Source: Ramlibacter sp.
GTDB taxonomy: Bacteria > Pseudomonadota > Gammaproteobacteria > Burkholderiales > Burkholderiaceae_C
Direction of reading: 5' to 3'
DNA: 64,000 nucleotides
NCBI RefSeq assembly: GCF_035655895.1
Contig: NZ_DASRTN010000008.1
Span: forward strand, 333,536-397,535
Shown: in pieces, positions 49,759-59,734 of the stretch
How positions within the stretch are numbered: the stretch's first letter is position 1
Layout: each line of letters starts with the position of its first letter
Notes under the pieces: model-generated
What the model was told of the DNA's origin: nothing
What the model saw: the letters and a program-made list of their open reading frames with translations, nothing else
Database searches by the model: none
Position numbers and translations under genes: made by a program

Positions 49759-51420
49759 ATGCCTTGGCAACAGATCTACGACCCGATGGGCAGCATGGTG
49801 CTGTCCACCCTGCTGGCCGCCATTCCGGTGGTGGTGATGCTGGTGGGGCTGGGGTTCCTGCACATGAAGGCGCACGTGGCGGCGCTGGCCGGCCTGGTGG
49901 CGGCGCTGGTGATCGCGGTGGTGGCCTTCGGCATGCCCGCCGGCATGGCCGGACGCGCCGCCTGGCTCGGGGCGCTCACGGGGCTGCTGCCGATCGGCTG
50001 GATCGTGCTGAACATCATCTTCCTGCACCAGCTCACCGAGCGGAACGGCTCGTTCAAGATCCTGCAGGACTCGATCGCCGGCATCACCGAGGACCGTCGG
50101 CTGCAACTGCTGCTGATCGCCTTCTCGTTCGGCGCGTTCTTCGAGGGCGCCGCCGGCTTCGGCACGCCGGTGGCGGTGACCGCGGCGATGCTGATCGGCC
50201 TGGGCTTCTCGCCGCTGGCCGCGTCAGGCCTCTCGCTCATCGCGAACACGGCGCCGGTCGCGTACGGCGCACTGGGCACGCCCGTCATCACGCTGGCCAA
50301 GGTGCACGGCTACGACGTGATGGCGGTGTCGGCGATGGTGGGCCGCCAGCTGCCGTTCTTCTCGCTGCTGGTGCCGTTCTGGCTGATCTGGGCGTTCGCC
50401 GGCTTCCGCGGCATGCTGCAGATCTGGCCGGCCATCCTGGTGACGGGCCTGTCGTTCGCGATCCCGCAGTTCCTGGTGTCCAACTACATCGGCCCCGAAC
50501 TGGTGGACGTGATCGCCGCCGCGGTGTCCATGGTCACGCTGGCGCTGTTCCTGCGCGTGTGGAAGCCGGCCCAGGTCTGGACGTCGGTGGTGCCGCGCGG
50601 CCACGAGGCGCACGCCGGCACCGCCGGCGCGGTGGCGGCCCGCACCGTCCATGCGCGTGGCGACGTGCTGCGTGCCTGGATGCCCTGGGTGCTGCTCGCG
50701 GTGTTCGTGTTCCTCTGGGGGCTGCCGCAGGTCAAGGCCTGGCTGAACGGCATCTTCGCGCCGAACTACCCGATCGCCGGCCTCGACAAGCTGATCGAGA
50801 AGGTCCCGCCGGTGGTGCCGCAGCCCACGCGCGAAGGCGCCGTCTATGCGTTCACGCTGCTCTCGGCCACCGGCACCGGCATCCTGCTGGCTGCGCTGGT
50901 GGGCGGGCTGCTGATGAAATACAACCCGGTCGAGATCTTCCGCGTCTATGGCGCGACGTTCTGGAAGGTGCGCTACTCGCTGCTGACCATCGCGCTGATG
51001 CTGGCGCTCGGCACGGTCACGCGCTACTCGGGCCTGGACACCACGCTGGGCCTGGCCTTCGCCGCCACCGGCCCGCTCTATCCGTTCTTCGGCACCCTGA
51101 TGGGCTGGCTGGGCGTGGCCCTCACCGGTTCCGACACCGCGTCCAACGTGCTGTTCGGCGGCATGCAGAAGGTGGCGGCCGAGCAGCTCGGGCTGCCGGC
51201 CAACCTGATGGGGGCGGCCAACAGCTCGGGCGGCGTGATGGGCAAGATGATCGACGCGCAGTCGATCGTGGTGGCCTCCACCGCCACCGGCTGGATGAAC
51301 AAGGAAGGCGAGATCCTGCGCTACGTGTTCTTCCACTCGATCGCGCTGGCCGCGCTGGTGGGCATCCTGGTCACGCTGCAGGCCTACGTGTACCCGTTCA
51401 CCGAGATGGTGATCCGCTAG
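49759..51420 (+). CDS. L-lactate/glycolate permease (LctP family)
   Basis: FFEGAAGFGTPVA, NTAPVAYGALGTP, LTGSDTASN, GKMIDAQSI. Confidence 0.93.
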   Translation: MPWQQIYDPMGSMVLSTLLAAIPVVVMLVGLGFLHMKAHVAALAGLVAALVIAVVAFGMPAGMAGRAAWLGALTGLLPIGWIVLNIIFLHQLTERNGSFKILQDSIAGITEDRRLQLLLIAFSFGAFFEGAAGFGTPVAVTAAMLIGLGFSPLAASGLSLIANTAPVAYGALGTPVITLAKVHGYDVMAVSAMVGRQLPFFSLLVPFWLIWAFAGFRGMLQIWPAILVTGLSFAIPQFLVSNYIGPELVDVIAAAVSMVTLALFLRVWKPAQVWTSVVPRGHEAHAGTAGAVAARTVHARGDVLRAWMPWVLLAVFVFLWGLPQVKAWLNGIFAPNYPIAGLDKLIEKVPPVVPQPTREGAVYAFTLLSATGTGILLAALVGGLLMKYNPVEIFRVYGATFWKVRYSLLTIALMLALGTVTRYSGLDTTLGLAFAATGPLYPFFGTLMGWLGVALTGSDTASNVLFGGMQKVAAEQLGLPANLMGAANSSGGVMGKMIDAQSIVVASTATGWMNKEGEILRYVFFHSIALAALVGILVTLQAYVYPFTEMVIR

Positions 51421-52634
51421 GGCTGCGGCTGTTCGCGCAGGCGGGTGCGCAGGGCCCGCGCGAACGCGATGCCGGCAGCCGGCAGGGCCAGCGCCGAGGC
51501 GGTCAGCACGGCCAGCGGCCCGAACCGGTCGAAGGCGCCGCCGGCCAGCGTGACCCCCAGCGCCTGGCCGGTGAACAGGCAGAACGCGAACAGCGACACC
51601 GAGGTGCCACGCGCGCTTGGTGCCATCTGCGTGGCATGCGTCTGCAGGGTGTTGTGGTACAGGTAGGTGCCGAAGCCCACCAGCAGGGCGACGGGCGCCG
51701 CCGTCCACACCACTGGCGAGGCCAGCCAGCCCAGGTAGCCCAGCCCCATCAGCCAGCCACCGGCCAGCACCATGCGCTCCTGGCCCATGCGCCGCACCAG
51801 CATGCGGGCCGACATCGCGTACACCAGGCCGCCGACCGCGTAGAGCGCGAGCATGCCCGAGGCCGCCGACAGGCTCAGGCCGAAGCGCTGGTGCAGCATC
51901 GCCGGAAGGTAGGCCATCGGCCCCAGCAGGAATGCGCCTTCGGCCGCCGCCGCCCCCAGCACCTTCCAGCTCCACGGCGACGAGAGCACCAGCCGCCATT
52001 GCCGGTGGACCGGCACCGGATCGGCCGGCGCCGGCGACGACGCGGCCGAGATCGCCCGCAGCCGCGCCAGCAGCAGGGCGCCGACGACGGCGTAGCCGGC
52101 CGCCATGGTGACGAAGGCGCCGCGCCAGCCGAACGCGCTGTCGCCGAACAGGCCGCCCACCAGCTGGCCGGCCATGATCCCCGAGAGCGTGCCCGTGAGC
52201 AGCCGCGCCAGGGTCGGCTGCCGCTCCTCGATCGGCACGGCGTCGCCGATCCAGGCCATGGCCAGCGGGATCACGCCCGCCGCCGCCATGCCCCAGCCCA
52301 CCCGCGCCGCCAGCAGCGTGGGAAAGCCGGGCGCCAGGGCCGCCACCAGCGCCAGCGCCGCGCACCCGAACACGGCGATGCAGACCATCCGCGCCTTGCC
52401 GAAGCGGTCGCCCAGCGGCCCGAACACCAGCTGCATGACGCCGTAGGCGATGGAGAAGGTGATGACCACCTGGCCCGCGACGCCCGCCGTCACCTGGAAG
52501 TCGCGTGCCAGGCGTGGCAGCAGGCCATCGCAGATGCGCAGCGCGGCGCCGCCCAGGAAGGCGGCGATCGCGAGCAGGTTGACCGTGCGGTGGGTGGCGC
52601 GCAGCGCGGCGGCGTCGGAGGCGGGAGGGGTCAT
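51417..52634 (-). CDS. MFS transporter
   Basis: About 12 hydrophobic segments; GPLGDRFGK MFS motif A. Confidence 0.9.
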   Translation of the reverse strand: MTPPASDAAALRATHRTVNLLAIAAFLGGAALRICDGLLPRLARDFQVTAGVAGQVVITFSIAYGVMQLVFGPLGDRFGKARMVCIAVFGCAALALVAALAPGFPTLLAARVGWGMAAAGVIPLAMAWIGDAVPIEERQPTLARLLTGTLSGIMAGQLVGGLFGDSAFGWRGAFVTMAAGYAVVGALLLARLRAISAASSPAPADPVPVHRQWRLVLSSPWSWKVLGAAAAEGAFLLGPMAYLPAMLHQRFGLSLSAASGMLALYAVGGLVYAMSARMLVRRMGQERMVLAGGWLMGLGYLGWLASPVVWTAAPVALLVGFGTYLYHNTLQTHATQMAPSARGTSVSLFAFCLFTGQALGVTLAGGAFDRFGPLAVLTASALALPAAGIAFARALRTRLREQPQP

Positions 52635-52927
52635 GCGAGGCGGCGAGCTTGCCACAAGGCCAGCCGACGGCCCGGAGGAAGACTCCGCCCGGTCCCGCAC
52701 GGGCGCCGCGTGCGGGCCGACCGCTGGGCGGCGGCTCGCCCGGCTGTTCCTGCCTGAGGCGGCGATGGCGGCGTGCCCGCCGCAGGCCCCGGCCCGGCGC
52801 CTCCAGCGGCATTCGGTCACGGAACGCGGGGCCCGCGTCGCGTCCGGGCCGCGTCGCAGCGCCGCCGCACGCACGGAGGCCGGCGCGGTGGGCGACTGCT
52901 GCGGTCGAGCTGGCAGAATCGCCGCCC

Positions 52928-53569
52928 GTGGACACGCTCACTCCCTTCCTCGCCGCGATCGCCGCCTACCTGGTGGGATCGCTCGCCTTCGCCGTCATCG
53001 TCAGCCGGGCCATGGGCCTGGCGGACCCCCGCACCTTCGGCAGCAAGAACCCCGGCGCCACCAACGTGCTGCGCTCGGGCAGCAAGGCCGCCGCCATTGT
53101 CACGCTGCTGCTCGATGCGATGAAGGGCCTGGTGCCCGTGCTGCTGGTGCGCGCCCACGGTCCGCGTTGGGGCCTGGAGGACGGCACGGTGGCGATGGTC
53201 GCGCTCGGTGCCTTCCTTGGCCACCTGTACCCGGTGTTCTTCCGCTTCCAGGGCGGCAAGGGCGTCGCCACCTTCCTTGGCGCGGTGTTCGGCATCCACT
53301 GGCTGCTGGGCGTGTTCACCGGCCTGACCTGGCTGGTCATCGCCTTCTTCTTCCGCTACTCGTCGCTGGCGTCGCTGGTCGCCGCTGCGTTCGCGCCGGC
53401 CTACTACCTGCTGGCCGACCGGGTCGGCTGGTACGCCGAGGCGCCGGTCGCCGTGGCGCTGTTCGCCATGGCCGCGCTGCTGGCCTGGCGCCACCGCGAG
53501 AACATCAAGCGCCTGCTGGCCGGCACCGAATCGCGCCTGGGCGCGAAGAAGACCGGTTCGGCGGGATAG
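52928..53569 (+). CDS. plsY: glycerol-3-phosphate acyltransferase PlsY
   Basis: YLVGSL, GSKNPGATNVLR, GHLYPVFFRFQGGKGVAT, HRENIKRL. Confidence 0.95.
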   Translation: MDTLTPFLAAIAAYLVGSLAFAVIVSRAMGLADPRTFGSKNPGATNVLRSGSKAAAIVTLLLDAMKGLVPVLLVRAHGPRWGLEDGTVAMVALGAFLGHLYPVFFRFQGGKGVATFLGAVFGIHWLLGVFTGLTWLVIAFFFRYSSLASLVAAAFAPAYYLLADRVGWYAEAPVAVALFAMAALLAWRHRENIKRLLAGTESRLGAKKTGSAG

Positions 53570-53683
53570 GGCGGCCGGTCCGCCCGGCGCCCCGCCGCGC
53601 CCGTCACGGCCGCAAGGCCGGCCGGCAACTTCCGCGCGGCCGGCGGATCGAAGCGGGATGGCCCGCCTGCCCCCGCCGCCCGC

Positions 53684-53902
53684 ATGACCCCGTATCGCAA
53701 CCTCAGCGGCCACTCCGGTGTCGTCGCCTACGAGGTGCGTCCGGGCGCCATCGCGGTGCGTTTCCGGGGTGGCCACACCTACCTGTACACGCAGGCCAGC
53801 GCCGGCGAGGAGGCGGTGGCGCAGATGCAGCGCCTGGCCCGCGCCGGCCGCGGACTGAGCACCTTCATCGCGCGGCGGCAGCCGGGTTACGTGCCCACGT
53901 GA
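53684..53902 (+). CDS. small KTSC-like protein
   Basis: 72 aa: SGVVAYE...VRFRGGHTYLY...GRGLSTFI pattern reminiscent of KTSC domains. Confidence 0.6.
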   Translation: MTPYRNLSGHSGVVAYEVRPGAIAVRFRGGHTYLYTQASAGEEAVAQMQRLARAGRGLSTFIARRQPGYVPT

Positions 53903-53938
53903 CCGCGACCTGCGCGGCGTGGTGGCAGCCGCCCGCCT

Positions 53939-55543
53939 TCAGTCCTGGACGATCACGAACCGGCTCACGACGGGCGGCTCGGCACCGACATGGAACGCCA
54001 GCCGGCGGTCGCGCAGCTGCGCATCGGCCGCCGTGATGCGGTCGAAGCGCCGCAGGTGCTCGGTCCAGGATTCGTCGGTGATCTGCTCGACGTAGCGGCC
54101 CGGCTCCGAGAGGTCGTGCAGCAGCTGCCAGCCCAGCGCGCCCTGGCGCAGACGGCTGCGCCGGGTGTCCTGCATCAGCGCCTCGAACTCGGTGGCGCGC
54201 GTCGGATCGATCAGGTACTCCACGTGCACCTGGATCCGGCCTTCCTGCGGCAGCACCGACATGTGCGGCGCCTGGATGCCGCTGGAGGGCGACAGGTCCT
54301 CCTCGCTGCCGCGGTCGGCCATCAGCCGCTGCACCACCAGCATCAGGAACACGCCGGTGAAGGCGGCCACCGTGAGCGCGTCGCGCACGCTGCTGGAGGT
54401 GGCCACCTGGCCCCAGAAGGCGGCCCCGGTGGCGGTCGACCCCATCAGGCACATCTGGTAGATCGACATGCCGCGGGCCCGCACCCAGTCGGGCAGCGCC
54501 ATCTGGGCGGCCACGGTGAGCGAGTTGGCCACCGTGATCCAGGCCATCCCCGAGACGAACATCGCGGGCACGGCCAGCCAGGTGGCGGGCGCGTAGGCCA
54601 CCGCCAGCGTGCCGGCGGCCTGCAGCGCGGTGCCCACCAGCACCAGCCGCTCCAGCGGCAGCCAGGTGCGGATGCGCGGCATCTGCAGCGCAGCGAAGAT
54701 GGCGCCGGCGCCCATTGCCGCCAGCAGCGCGGTGTAGGTGCCGGCGGCGCCGCCCGGCAGCGCGCGCGCCACCAGCGGCAGCAGCGCCAGCTGGGCGGTG
54801 GAGTGCAGGAAGAACACCGAGATGCGCAGCAGGATCCCGCGCATGCGGCTGGACTGGCGCACGAACTGCAGGCCCACGCGCATCGCGCTGGTCAGCCGCT
54901 CGCGGCCCAGCGGACTTTCGCGGTGCTCGCGGCGCCAGCGCATGATCACGAAGCCGGCGGTCAGCGACAGCAGCGCGTTCAGCACGAACACCCAGGCGCT
55001 GCCGGCGCCGGCGATCAGGGCGCCGGCGATCAGCGGGCCGATGATGCGCGACGCGTTCATCGCCACGCCGTTGAGCGCCAGGGCCTGCGCCAGCTGCGGC
55101 CGCGGCACGATCTCGGGGATGATGGCCGCGAACACGGGCCAGCGCATCGCCAGCCCGACGCCGTTGGCGAAGGTCAGGGCCAGCAGCAGCGCGGGGCTGA
55201 TCGCGTCGAGCAGCACCATCGTGCACAGCACCGAGGCGATCCCGGCCACCCAGAACTGGGTCACCATGAAGTAGCGGCGCCGGTCCAGGATGTCGGCCAG
55301 CGCGCCGCTGGGCAGCCCCAGGAAGAACACCGGCAGGGTCGAGGCCGACTGCACCAGCGCCACCCACAGCGGCGACGGCGCGATCGACGTCATCAGCCAG
55401 GCGGCCGCGACGTCGTTCATCCACATCGTGGTGTTGGCGGCCAGCCAGGTGAACCACAGCATGCGGAACACCGGGATGCCGAGCGGCCCGAAGGCGGACA
55501 CGCGCGGCGGCAGGGCGGTCGGCTCCCGCTCGTGGTCGGGCAT
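53939..55543 (-). CDS. MFS transporter (MFS_3 type) with C-terminal soluble ferredoxin-like domain
   Basis: FRMLWFTWLAAN, LPSGALADILDRRR, soluble tail VEYLIDP...WTEHLRRFDR. Confidence 0.9.
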   Translation of the reverse strand: MPDHEREPTALPPRVSAFGPLGIPVFRMLWFTWLAANTTMWMNDVAAAWLMTSIAPSPLWVALVQSASTLPVFFLGLPSGALADILDRRRYFMVTQFWVAGIASVLCTMVLLDAISPALLLALTFANGVGLAMRWPVFAAIIPEIVPRPQLAQALALNGVAMNASRIIGPLIAGALIAGAGSAWVFVLNALLSLTAGFVIMRWRREHRESPLGRERLTSAMRVGLQFVRQSSRMRGILLRISVFFLHSTAQLALLPLVARALPGGAAGTYTALLAAMGAGAIFAALQMPRIRTWLPLERLVLVGTALQAAGTLAVAYAPATWLAVPAMFVSGMAWITVANSLTVAAQMALPDWVRARGMSIYQMCLMGSTATGAAFWGQVATSSSVRDALTVAAFTGVFLMLVVQRLMADRGSEEDLSPSSGIQAPHMSVLPQEGRIQVHVEYLIDPTRATEFEALMQDTRRSRLRQGALGWQLLHDLSEPGRYVEQITDESWTEHLRRFDRITAADAQLRDRRLAFHVGAEPPVVSRFVIVQD

Positions 55544-56184
55544 CAGTAGCGTCGTTCGAGCACGAGCTGGTCGTTGTCGCGCCGCATCTGGAAACGGTTG
55601 AGGAAGCTGTTGCCCAGCAGCACGAACGGCATGGCGCGCTGGCCGACCACCGCGTCGACCTCGCGCACTTCGACGTCGCCCACGCGCACGCTGGACAGCT
55701 TGATGCGCCAGCCCATGGCCACGCCGTTGGCTGTGCTCATCTGGACCGGCTGGCCCGACTTGTAGTCCAGGCCCATGCGCTCGGCGTCGGGCACGCCGAG
55801 GCTGACCACCGAGGCGCCGGTGTCGACCATGAAATAGGCGGCGCGCCCGTTGATGCTGCCGTCGGTCATGAAATGCCCGCCGCTCTGGGCCGACAGCACG
55901 ATGCGGCCCGAGGAGGAAGGCCCGGCCCCACCGCCCACGCTGGCGGGCGCCTCGCCGACCCGCAGGGTGAAGCGCCGGCCCTCGGTCTCCAGCACGGCCT
56001 CGTCGCCGCGGGTGGAGACCACCTTGACGCCCTTCCAGGTCTCGCCGGGGGCGACCGACCGGGGCGGTCCACCGTCGACGATCAGCAGCGCCTTGCTGCC
56101 CAGCATGCCCTGCAGCGCGACGGCCTGCGCGCAGGCGGCCGTCCAGCCCGCCAGCAGGGCGCACGCGAGCACGAGGTAACGCAT
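55543..56184 (-). CDS. retropepsin-like aspartic protease (TIGR02281 type)
   Basis: Signal peptide; GGHF, FMVDTGASVV, STANG, LLGNSFLNRF. Confidence 0.9.
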   Translation of the reverse strand: MRYLVLACALLAGWTAACAQAVALQGMLGSKALLIVDGGPPRSVAPGETWKGVKVVSTRGDEAVLETEGRRFTLRVGEAPASVGGGAGPSSSGRIVLSAQSGGHFMTDGSINGRAAYFMVDTGASVVSLGVPDAERMGLDYKSGQPVQMSTANGVAMGWRIKLSSVRVGDVEVREVDAVVGQRAMPFVLLGNSFLNRFQMRRDNDQLVLERRY

Positions 56185-56189
56185 GCGGC

Positions 56190-56675
56190 TCAGTCGCGGA
56201 AGTTGTTGAACGACAGCGGCAGGTCGCTGATCTCCTTGCGGATCAGCGCCATCGCGGCCTGCAGCTCGTCCTTCTTGGCGCCGGTGACGCGCACCGCATC
56301 GCCCTGGATCGCCGCCTGCAGCTTGAGCTTGCTTTCCTTGATCAGCTTGGTGACCTTCTTGGCCTGCTCGGACTCGATGCCGCTGCGCACCTTGACCACC
56401 TGCTTGACCTTGTCGCCGCCCATCTTCTCGACCTTGCCCTTGTCGAGGAAGCGCACGTCGACGTTGCGCTTGGCCAGCTTGTTGGTGAGGATGTCCTCGA
56501 CCTGGCCGAGCTGGAACTCGGCGTCGCCGAAGAGGGTGATCTCCTTGTCCTTGATCTCGATGGCCGCCGAGGTGCCCTTGAAGTCGAACCGGGTCGCGAT
56601 CTCCTTGGCCGTGTTGTCCACGGCGTTCTTCACCTCGACCAGGTTCGGTTCGCAGACGGTGTCGAAAGACGGCAT
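56190..56675 (-). CDS. yajQ: YajQ family nucleotide/c-di-GMP-binding protein
   Basis: [37 protein letters not shown]. Confidence 0.95.
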   Translation of the reverse strand: MPSFDTVCEPNLVEVKNAVDNTAKEIATRFDFKGTSAAIEIKDKEITLFGDAEFQLGQVEDILTNKLAKRNVDVRFLDKGKVEKMGGDKVKQVVKVRSGIESEQAKKVTKLIKESKLKLQAAIQGDAVRVTGAKKDELQAAMALIRKEISDLPLSFNNFRD

Positions 56676-56720
56676 TCGCAACTCCCCCGTGCATCAGTTC
56701 GCTTGGGCGACAATTCTCCC

Positions 56721-57782
56721 ATGATCGTGGAGCAGAACGTCGCGCTCGCGCCGCACAACAGCTTCGGCATCGTTGCCAAGGCGCGCGAGCTGGTGCGCGT
56801 GCGCAACGAAGCCGACGTGGCGGCCGTGCTGGCCGACCCGCAGCTGGCGCAGCGGCCGAAGTTCGTGCTGGGCGGTGGCAGCAACATCGTCCTGACGGGT
56901 GACGTCAAGCCGCTGGTGCTGAAGGTCGAGGTGCCGGGCCGCCGCGTCGTGGACGACGGCCCCCGGGCCACCATCGTCGAGGCGGGCGCGGGCGAGAACT
57001 GGCACGAGCTGGTCGCCTGGACGCTGGAGCACGGCTTGCCGGGGCTGGAGAACATGGCGCTGATCCCGGGCACGGTCGGCGCATCGCCGGTGCAGAACGT
57101 CGGCGCCTACGGGGTCGAGCTGCAGGACCGCTTCGAGTCGCTCGACGCGATCGACCTGCAGACCGGCCGCGTGTTCACGCTCACGGCGGCGCAATGCGCC
57201 TTCGGCTACCGCGATTCGGTGTTCAAGCATCCGGCCCCCGAAGGGGAGGCGACCGCCGCCGACCCGCGCGGGATGGGCTTGGCCGGGCGGGCCCTGATCC
57301 TGCGCGTGCGGTTGCGCCTGCCCAAGCCCTGGAAGCCGGTGCTGGGCTATGTCGACCTGGAACGCAAGATGGCCGAGACCGGCGTGCGCGAGCCCTCGGC
57401 CCGGCAGATCTTCGACTGGGTCTGCGCGATCCGCAGCGCCAAGCTGCCCGACCCGCGCGTGATCGGCAACGCGGGCAGCTTCTTCAAGAACCCGACGGTG
57501 ACGCCCGAGCAGTGCACCGACATCATCGCCCGCGAGCCCGGCATCGTGCACTACCCGATGCCCGACGGCACCGTGAAGCTGGCCGCCGGCTGGCTGATCG
57601 ACGCGTGCGGCTGGAAGGGCAAGTCGGTCGGCAACGCCGGCGTCTACGAGAAGCAGGCGCTGGTGCTGGTCAACCGCGGCGGTGCCACCGGCGGCGAGGT
57701 GGTCACGCTCGCCCGCGCGATCCAGACCAGCGTCTACGAGCGCTTCGGCATCCGGCTCGAGCCGGAGCCGGTGGTGGTCTGA
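56721..57782 (+). CDS. murB: UDP-N-acetylmuramate dehydrogenase
   Basis: HNSFGI, LGGGSNI, IPGTVGASPVQNVGAYG, GNAGSFFKNP, LEPEP. Confidence 0.96.
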   Translation: MIVEQNVALAPHNSFGIVAKARELVRVRNEADVAAVLADPQLAQRPKFVLGGGSNIVLTGDVKPLVLKVEVPGRRVVDDGPRATIVEAGAGENWHELVAWTLEHGLPGLENMALIPGTVGASPVQNVGAYGVELQDRFESLDAIDLQTGRVFTLTAAQCAFGYRDSVFKHPAPEGEATAADPRGMGLAGRALILRVRLRLPKPWKPVLGYVDLERKMAETGVREPSARQIFDWVCAIRSAKLPDPRVIGNAGSFFKNPTVTPEQCTDIIAREPGIVHYPMPDGTVKLAAGWLIDACGWKGKSVGNAGVYEKQALVLVNRGGATGGEVVTLARAIQTSVYERFGIRLEPEPVVV

Positions 57783-57822
57783 CCGGCCATCCGGCCGGGC
57801 CGCGCATCCCGGCCGGGCTTGT

Positions 57823-57838
57823 GTCGGCCTGCACCTAC
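57823..57838. promoter_or_regulatory. dyad motif GTCGG-N6-CCTAC (candidate regulator site, copy 3)
   Basis: GTCGGCCTGCACCTAC about 74 bp upstream of tamA. Confidence 0.4.
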
Positions 57839-57911
57839 GCGGCTGAGCCGCCGTCCTCTTCATCATCCGGTGTGGCGTCCATGCCGGGCGCCTGAGAGCT
57901 GAACGACAACG

Positions 57912-59726
57912 ATGAGCGTGTGGCGCCGGCGGCTAGGCTGCCTCCTGCAGATCCTGGGATGGCTTGCCTGCCTGGCGGGCACGTCCGCCTGGGCGCAGGA
58001 CGACCGGTCGGCGGGCTCGTTCCGCATCGAGGTGCGGGCGCCGTCGCAGGTGCGCGAGCTGCTGGAGCGCCACCTGGAGCTGCAGCGGTACCGCGAGGTG
58101 CCGGATCTCGAGGAGGCCGAACTCGAGCGGCTGCTGCGGCTGGCCGAGCGCGACACCCGGGAACTGGTGGGCACCCTGGGATTCTTCTCGCCACGCCTGG
58201 ACATCCGCCGCGAGCCCGGCGCGCCGGGCCCGGTGCCGCTGGTGGTGGTGGAGGTCGATCCGGGCCCGAAGGCCACCGTGGCCGCCGTCGACATCGCCTT
58301 CGAGGGCGACATCCAGCAGTCCGAAGTGCCGGACGCGATCATCCAGCGCTCGCGCATCCGGGAGAACTGGACGCTGCCGGCCGGCCGGCCCTGGACGCAG
58401 GATGCGTGGGACGACGCCAAGACGCAGGCCCTGCGCGACCTGGTGGCGCGCCGCTACCTCGCCGGACGGGTGAGCGACAGCCTGGCCGGGGCGGACGCCG
58501 GCGCCAACCGCGTGCGGCTGGGGCTGAAGCTGGATTCGGGGCCGGTGTTCCGGCTCGGGCCGATGCACGTGAGCGGCATGCAGCGCTACGACCCCCTGCT
58601 GGCGCCCCGCCTGGCGCGGCTGGCGCCCGGCACCATCTACGACCAGGACCAGATCCAGCGCGCGCAGCTGCGGCTGGTGGGCAGCGGCTACTTCGACTCC
58701 GCGTTCATCTACGTCGACCCGGCCAGCGACCCCGCCGCGGCGCCGGTCCAGGTGAACGTGCGCGAGGCCCCGCTGCACCGGCTGGTGCTGGGCGTCGGCG
58801 TGTCGACCGACAGCGGCCCGCGCGGCACGGTGGAGTACACGCAGAACCGGCTGCCGGGCATCGGCTGGCGGGCGGTCACGCGGCTGCAGCTGGAGCGCCG
58901 AACGCCGTTCATCGAGACCGAACTGAACGCCATCCCGGGCGAGGACCTGTGGCGCTGGGGCGGCTCGGCCCGCATCGAGCGCGCCGACGACGGCTCGCTG
59001 GTCACCAACAGCCAGCGGCTGCGGTTCGGCCGCAGCCGCAGCGACGACCGGATCGACCGCAATGCCTACCTGCAGTTCGACCGCTCGACGGTCCAGGCCG
59101 AAGCCGGTGCGGCGCTCCCCGAGGACACCGGCGACGGCACCGCGCTCAGCGCCAACTTCCTCTGGAACGGCCGCTACTTCGACCGCGTGCCGTTCCCCAG
59201 CAGTGGCTTCTCGGTCGGGGCCGAGATCGGCGGCGGCCTCACCCTGGTGGGCAGCAAGTCGCCGTTCCAGCGCACGGTGCTGCGCGGGCTGGCGTTGCAG
59301 CCGCTGGAGCGCGGGCGCATCCAGTGGCGGGGCGAGGCCGGCGCCGTGCTCGCCTCGCGGCAGGCGCGGGTGCCCGCGAGCCAGCTGTTCCGCACCGGCG
59401 GCGACACCTCGGTGCGGGGCTACGGGCTGCGCGACATCGGCGTGGAGCGGTCCAACGGGATCGTCGCGCCGGGCCGCTACCTGGCCGTGGGCAGCGTCGA
59501 ATGGCAGCGGCCGATCCGCCGCAACGGCGTCGAGACGCCGTTCGAGAGCGCGCTGTTCGTCGATGCGGGTGCCGTGGCCGACGACCTGGCGCGGCTGCGC
59601 CCCTCGTACGGCGTCGGCGCGGGCGTGCGCTACCGCAGCCCGCTCGGGCCGCTGCAGGCCGACCTGGCGTACGGCGTGCAGCCGCGCCGGTTCCGGCTGC
59701 ACATCACCCTGAGCACGACCTTCTAG
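57912..59726 (+). CDS. tamA: translocation and assembly module outer membrane protein TamA
   Basis: Signal peptide, POTRA domains, FRTGGDTSVRGY, GVRYRSPLGPLQADLAYG. Confidence 0.92.
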   Translation: MSVWRRRLGCLLQILGWLACLAGTSAWAQDDRSAGSFRIEVRAPSQVRELLERHLELQRYREVPDLEEAELERLLRLAERDTRELVGTLGFFSPRLDIRREPGAPGPVPLVVVEVDPGPKATVAAVDIAFEGDIQQSEVPDAIIQRSRIRENWTLPAGRPWTQDAWDDAKTQALRDLVARRYLAGRVSDSLAGADAGANRVRLGLKLDSGPVFRLGPMHVSGMQRYDPLLAPRLARLAPGTIYDQDQIQRAQLRLVGSGYFDSAFIYVDPASDPAAAPVQVNVREAPLHRLVLGVGVSTDSGPRGTVEYTQNRLPGIGWRAVTRLQLERRTPFIETELNAIPGEDLWRWGGSARIERADDGSLVTNSQRLRFGRSRSDDRIDRNAYLQFDRSTVQAEAGAALPEDTGDGTALSANFLWNGRYFDRVPFPSSGFSVGAEIGGGLTLVGSKSPFQRTVLRGLALQPLERGRIQWRGEAGAVLASRQARVPASQLFRTGGDTSVRGYGLRDIGVERSNGIVAPGRYLAVGSVEWQRPIRRNGVETPFESALFVDAGAVADDLARLRPSYGVGAGVRYRSPLGPLQADLAYGVQPRRFRLHITLSTTF

Positions 59727-59734
59727 GCACGACG

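Noticed and set aside
57791-57816. CCGGCCGGG inverted repeat after murB as a REP/MITE
   Set aside because: Single short GC hairpin, compatible with a terminator; no further copies recognised.
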